A stretch of 34,146 bases of DNA. It comes from Octopus sinensis (taxonomy: Eukaryota). Below, piece after piece: positions 33,700 to 34,146 of this stretch (positions are counted from its first letter, which is position 1; the number at the start of each line of letters is the position of its first letter). The stretch is from positions 1-34,146 of the forward strand of contig NW_021831893.1 of assembly GCF_006345805.1 (NCBI RefSeq), given 5' to 3'. The notes under the pieces were generated by a model, which ran no database searches, was not told where the DNA came from, and saw nothing but the letters and a program-made list of their open reading frames with translations. The position numbers and the translations under genes are program-made.

Positions 33700-34146
33700 G
33701 GGTGATTTAGTGTAGAGGTCACCTCGTCGGCTCGTTTTTGCTGCCGGTAGTAAATATGCTAATGGGGGAAAGCGAGAGGGATGATGTTGGTGATGGTGGC
33801 GGCGGTATTGGTGGTGGTGGTGGTGTTGGTGGTGTGGTGGTGGTGGGGTGGTGATCTAAGATGAGTGATGTCTCGTCTCGCTAGAACGGATGAAGTAACA
33901 CATCATCAAACAGCCATGGTGATGGAGGAGATTACTGCGTTGATGCAGGGATGCGACGGTGGGGAGGAGTGCTGGAACACATGGCTTGTAGTGGTGATGG
34001 TGGTGGTGGTACTGGTGGTAGTGGTGGTGGCGGCGGCGGTGGCGGTGATGGTGGTCGTCGACGTCATCGTCGTCGTGGCATCATGGTATGATAATTATGT
34101 AAGTGAGCGAGAGGAGCGGAAAGTGGGGAGGGTGAAATCTGATGAG
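33700..34146. other. GC-rich (GGT/CAC)n low-complexity, coding-like segment cut by the window edge
   Basis: The + frame is open from ATG 33868 to the end of the window (93 codons). Minus frames give His-, Thr- or Pro-rich stretches broken by stops. Confidence 0.25.

Overview
Repeat-dense, AT-rich eukaryotic DNA with no intact, recognisable host gene. The tRNA-derived SINE families and the extreme (TA)n/(TATG)n/(TG)n/(AGAT)n load suggest an octopus (coleoid cephalopod) genome; this is inference from pattern recognition, not a database hit. The dominant feature is a ~4.8 kb Neptune-type Penelope-like retroelement (1515-6328, RT + Cys-linker GIY-YIG on the minus strand). It has ~1.2 kb inverted arms, sits in (TA)n, and has a stop-free upstream ORF that meets the RT ORF at a U_UUU_UUA slippery heptamer. 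Each arm ends in a minimal hammerhead-ribozyme motif with a compensatory U3:A8 core. Four more hammerhead-like motifs and one half-motif lie elsewhere in the window, always just 5' of a TA-rich tract. The rest is fossil Tc1/mariner elements, MITEs (one hAT MITE with a perfect 8-bp TSD), a CR1-like LINE, a Helitron-type non-autonomous element, SINEs and a few unique islands (candidate microexon, coding-like segments at both window edges, promoter-like motifs). The many 1-bp indels between duplicated segments suggest a noisy long-read assembly, so individual frameshifts cannot be trusted. No CRISPR array, rRNA or true tRNA gene was seen.
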